Origin: a virus
Direction: 5' to 3' (one strand)
DNA: 40,689 bases
IMG/VR virus record: IMGVR_UViG_3300045988_019236
Location: 1 to 40,689 of that record
The position numbers and the translations under genes were made by a program. Under the pieces are notes generated by a model. That model did no database searches. It saw nothing but the letters and a program-made list of their open reading frames with translations, and had not been told where the DNA came from. Every line of letters begins with the position of its first letter. Position 1 is the stretch's first letter. This document shows positions 38,804 through 40,689 of this stretch, in pieces.

Positions 38804-38840
38804 TTAATTGATTGTAAACTTTATTTGGGGGGAATAGAAT

Positions 38841-39140
38841 ATGCCAAAGTACACAACAGCTACCAGCGATAAGAAAAAGAAAACCGCTCTGAAATGGTGG
38901 GCTATCGGATTCCTCGGACTTTTTGGGGTTGAGAATTTCTACGTCGGGAAAATCAAGAAGGGCATCATCAGATTTATTGTCGGCATCTTTATCTTGCTGT
39001 CGCTCTATGCAATGGGCGGAGACTTCGAGGGGCGTGTACCGGTCTGCATCATTTTCTGGGCAATCGTTGCTCTACCTAACTTCTTCAAGATCGTTATGGG
39101 CGTTTTTAGGGATAACGTCGGAGAACCACTAAGAGAATGA
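38841..39140 (+). CDS. TM2-domain membrane protein, an antisense moron between the tail chaperone and tape measure genes
   Basis: 99 aa: KKKKTALKWWAIGFLGLFGVENFYVGKIKKGIIRFIVGIFILL. There are two or three hydrophobic helices. The 3-prime end overlaps the convergent gene 39129..39698 by 12 nt. Confidence 0.7.
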   Translation: MPKYTTATSDKKKKTALKWWAIGFLGLFGVENFYVGKIKKGIIRFIVGIFILLSLYAMGGDFEGRVPVCIIFWAIVALPNFFKIVMGVFRDNVGEPLRE

Positions 39141-39698
39141 TTTACCGCCTCCAACCCACATCTTGAGGGTGTCTTCCTCTTCGCCAGTAGTTTTTACCTT
39201 CAAATCAACCAAGCGCCTGTTTTTTTCATACCATTCTCTGGTTGTCTTATCCAGTTTCTTTCCTTTTGCCTTTTGGCTCCGAATGTAGAGCACGTTTGAA
39301 AATGTGGAATCTCCAATTTCCATAAACCAGCCGAAAAACGTCCACCAATGGAGGTTCGGGGTTGCCCTGACCTCCATATTTGCTACACGGTTCACAGCTG
39401 GAATAATCAATGACGCATCCTGTTCCCAGTCAACCATACACGGGTGCTTTTTCCCGTCGCTTTTCTGCCCGCAGTCAATAAACTCGGCCGCTTTCTGTAA
39501 TGCCTCCTGCAAATCATCTTGTGGGATTGCCCTCCATTCCGGGTACATTATCCTCAAAATCACATTTGATTTGCCGTGATCGTCCAAATCTGGGTCATTC
39601 ATGGCAATCAGAATATCAAGTACTGCCCGAAAATCGCTGCGGATTTTGTAGCTCACGCCACCGATGGTCAGTGAGGTGGGAAGATCATACACCATCAT
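39129..39698 (-). CDS. Gp15-family tail assembly protein
   Basis: 189 aa: MMVYDLPTSLTIGGVSYKIRSDFRAVLDILIAMNDPDL. The call also rests on its position after the chaperone gene. Confidence 0.65.
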   Translation of the reverse strand: MMVYDLPTSLTIGGVSYKIRSDFRAVLDILIAMNDPDLDDHGKSNVILRIMYPEWRAIPQDDLQEALQKAAEFIDCGQKSDGKKHPCMVDWEQDASLIIPAVNRVANMEVRATPNLHWWTFFGWFMEIGDSTFSNVLYIRSQKAKGKKLDKTTREWYEKNRRLVDLKVKTTGEEEDTLKMWVGGGKSFS

Positions 39699-40104
39699 AC
39701 TTTGCGGTATACTTTTTTACCGCGTCATCGGACTTTTTAGCACGCTTTTCGGATTCAGACTTGACAGCTTTTGCGATTGTATCCAAAACAACCATTGCAA
39801 ACAAGTCTCCATTTGGGAGAACCGTTGCAGCCGAAACCTCCCCAAAAATACTATCTCTTGCATCATAACCCAAGATATAGCAGATTTTTTCTTCCAATTC
39901 CTTGTTAAACAAGAGCACGCCTTCGATGCTTTCGCCAGAAATATCTTCGTGCTTGCTGAAATACTCGGAAACCTCCGAACATCGTGCGGCAATGCTGAAG
40001 TCAGCCGGATTCATCCGAAATGAAGAAAACGCATTTCCGTCTTCATCCGTGAAAGTGAAATTCAGTTTCCCAACGGAAACGCTGGTGTTGATGGTGTTGC
40101 TCAT
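39685..40104 (-). CDS. Tail assembly chaperone
   Basis: ATG at 40104 with GGAGGGA upstream. It is acidic and lies between the major tail and Gp15-like genes. The track ORF extends to 40140. Confidence 0.6.
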   Translation of the reverse strand: MSNTINTSVSVGKLNFTFTDEDGNAFSSFRMNPADFSIAARCSEVSEYFSKHEDISGESIEGVLLFNKELEEKICYILGYDARDSIFGEVSAATVLPNGDLFAMVVLDTIAKAVKSESEKRAKKSDDAVKKYTAKYDGV

Positions 40105-40155
40105 ACAATATCCCTCCAAAGATTTCGGGGCGGCTCTCACCGCCCCGTATTTGCA

Positions 40156-40680
40156 TCAGGTATCAGCCGTGAACGTAACGGTTCCGGCGCTTACCGCCGC
40201 AGTACCCACCGTGCGTGCGCCGCCGTATGTAATGTCCATAGGCATTCCCACAAAGCCGCCGCCCTCGCCGCCAAGGCTGGACGGCTTGACCATACAGGAG
40301 CTGTAGCGCTCTGCAAAGGCCGCCGTGTCCTTAGTACCGGCGTACAGATGCACGATCAGCATATCCTGATTGGTCAGTGCTGCCACGTTCTGCTCCTTGA
40401 CAGCCAGGTTCCAAATTTTCAGAACCGCAGCGTCTCCGGCGTCCAGATCGCACGGGTCAAAGGTCTGCGTGATGATGGGCTTTTTCATCGTGCTTCTGGT
40501 CGTACCGAGGATATCCTTGCTGGATTCCTCCTGCCAGTCGTATTCCATGCTGGAATCCGTGACGCGGCTACCAAGCGGCGACCACACAGGAGCAGAGGTT
40601 GTCCCGGTGTTCAGGTACGCAATCAGCAGCTCACGGTCTACGGTCTGGCCGGATGCGGTATTAAACTCTAAATCTGCCAT
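40156..40680 (-). CDS. Major tail protein
   Basis: 174 aa. Its start lies inside the terminal repeat. It is preceded, across the junction, by the head-tail joining genes. Confidence 0.75.
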   Translation of the reverse strand: MADLEFNTASGQTVDRELLIAYLNTGTTSAPVWSPLGSRVTDSSMEYDWQEESSKDILGTTRSTMKKPIITQTFDPCDLDAGDAAVLKIWNLAVKEQNVAALTNQDMLIVHLYAGTKDTAAFAERYSSCMVKPSSLGGEGGGFVGMPMDITYGGARTVGTAAVSAGTVTFTADT

Positions 40681-40689
40681 TATTTCACC
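40632..40689. repeat. Second copy of the 58-bp terminal repeat
   Basis: Identical to 1..58. It contains the ATG (40680) and 5-prime end of the major tail protein gene. Confidence 0.95.

Larger units (their letters stand above)
1..40689. mobile_element. Complete temperate siphovirus-type phage (or excised prophage) genome, circularly closed, with an Sfi11/A118-like head module
   Basis: All phage modules are present (switch, integrase + attP, recombination/replication, terminase, portal, capsid, tail, lysis). There are no cellular housekeeping genes. The two ends are identical over 58 bp. Confidence 0.9.

Noticed and set aside
39685-39698. A programmed -1 frameshift (G/GT-type) between the two tail chaperone genes
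   Set aside because: The second gene has its own ATG-ATG start overlapping the first gene's end. No slippery heptamer (XXXYYYZ) is evident in the 14-nt overlap.

Overview
This window is a complete temperate siphovirus-type phage genome of about 40.63 kb, or an excised prophage. The coding style looks Firmicutes/Clostridia-like, with AGGAGG-type ribosome-binding sites (RBS) and dense ATGA/TAATG gene overlaps. It is assembled as a circle: bases 1-58 recur exactly at 40632-40689, and the break lies at the 5-prime end of the major tail protein gene.

Nearly all genes are on the minus strand in one early-to-late series:
- a Cro-like switch gene (23799)
- recombination and replication genes: YqaJ exonuclease, RecT, SSB, RusA, and a DUF4373/DnaD-like initiator with internal ori-like repeats
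- a run of small Zn-ribbon and anti-restriction-type genes: C5-MTase-like, HNH, Lar-like, ASCH
- a late regulator
- TerS, an N6-adenine MTase, TerL, portal, a MuF-like minor capsid protein, scaffold, major capsid and head-tail joining genes
- across the junction: major tail protein, chaperones, tape measure, Dit/Tal-like proteins and fibres
- endolysin, XhlA and holin
- a 4-gene accessory cassette, then attP.

The plus strand carries the lysogeny block (23938-27049): an XRE repressor, a toxin ORF preceded by a non-coding repeat array, a membrane-anchored HTH protein and the integrase. It also carries two antisense morons, a Zn-ribbon + DUF4145-like protein (22672-23379) and a TM2-domain protein (38841-39140).

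The most interesting signal is non-coding. At 24522-25146 a consensus promoter drives two 50-nt tandem RNA repeats, each with a hairpin whose stem differs between copies but stays paired. These are followed by an intrinsic terminator and a 140-aa ToxN/TenpN/CptN-like ORF. That is the architecture of a type III toxin-antitoxin / abortive-infection module, possibly of an undescribed repeat type.

Other notable points:
- an 8-mer operator motif (TCAAGATA) occurs five times around the genetic switch
- attP has a tRNA 3-prime-end core flanked by six TTTGNCACG arm-type sites
- two genes are split by frameshifts at G/C homopolymers
- the MuF protein has a C-terminal extension followed by two small ORFs and a terminator
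- several translationally coupled ORFs under 60 aa are absent from the supplied track.

All homology statements come from motif recognition by eye; no searches were run.
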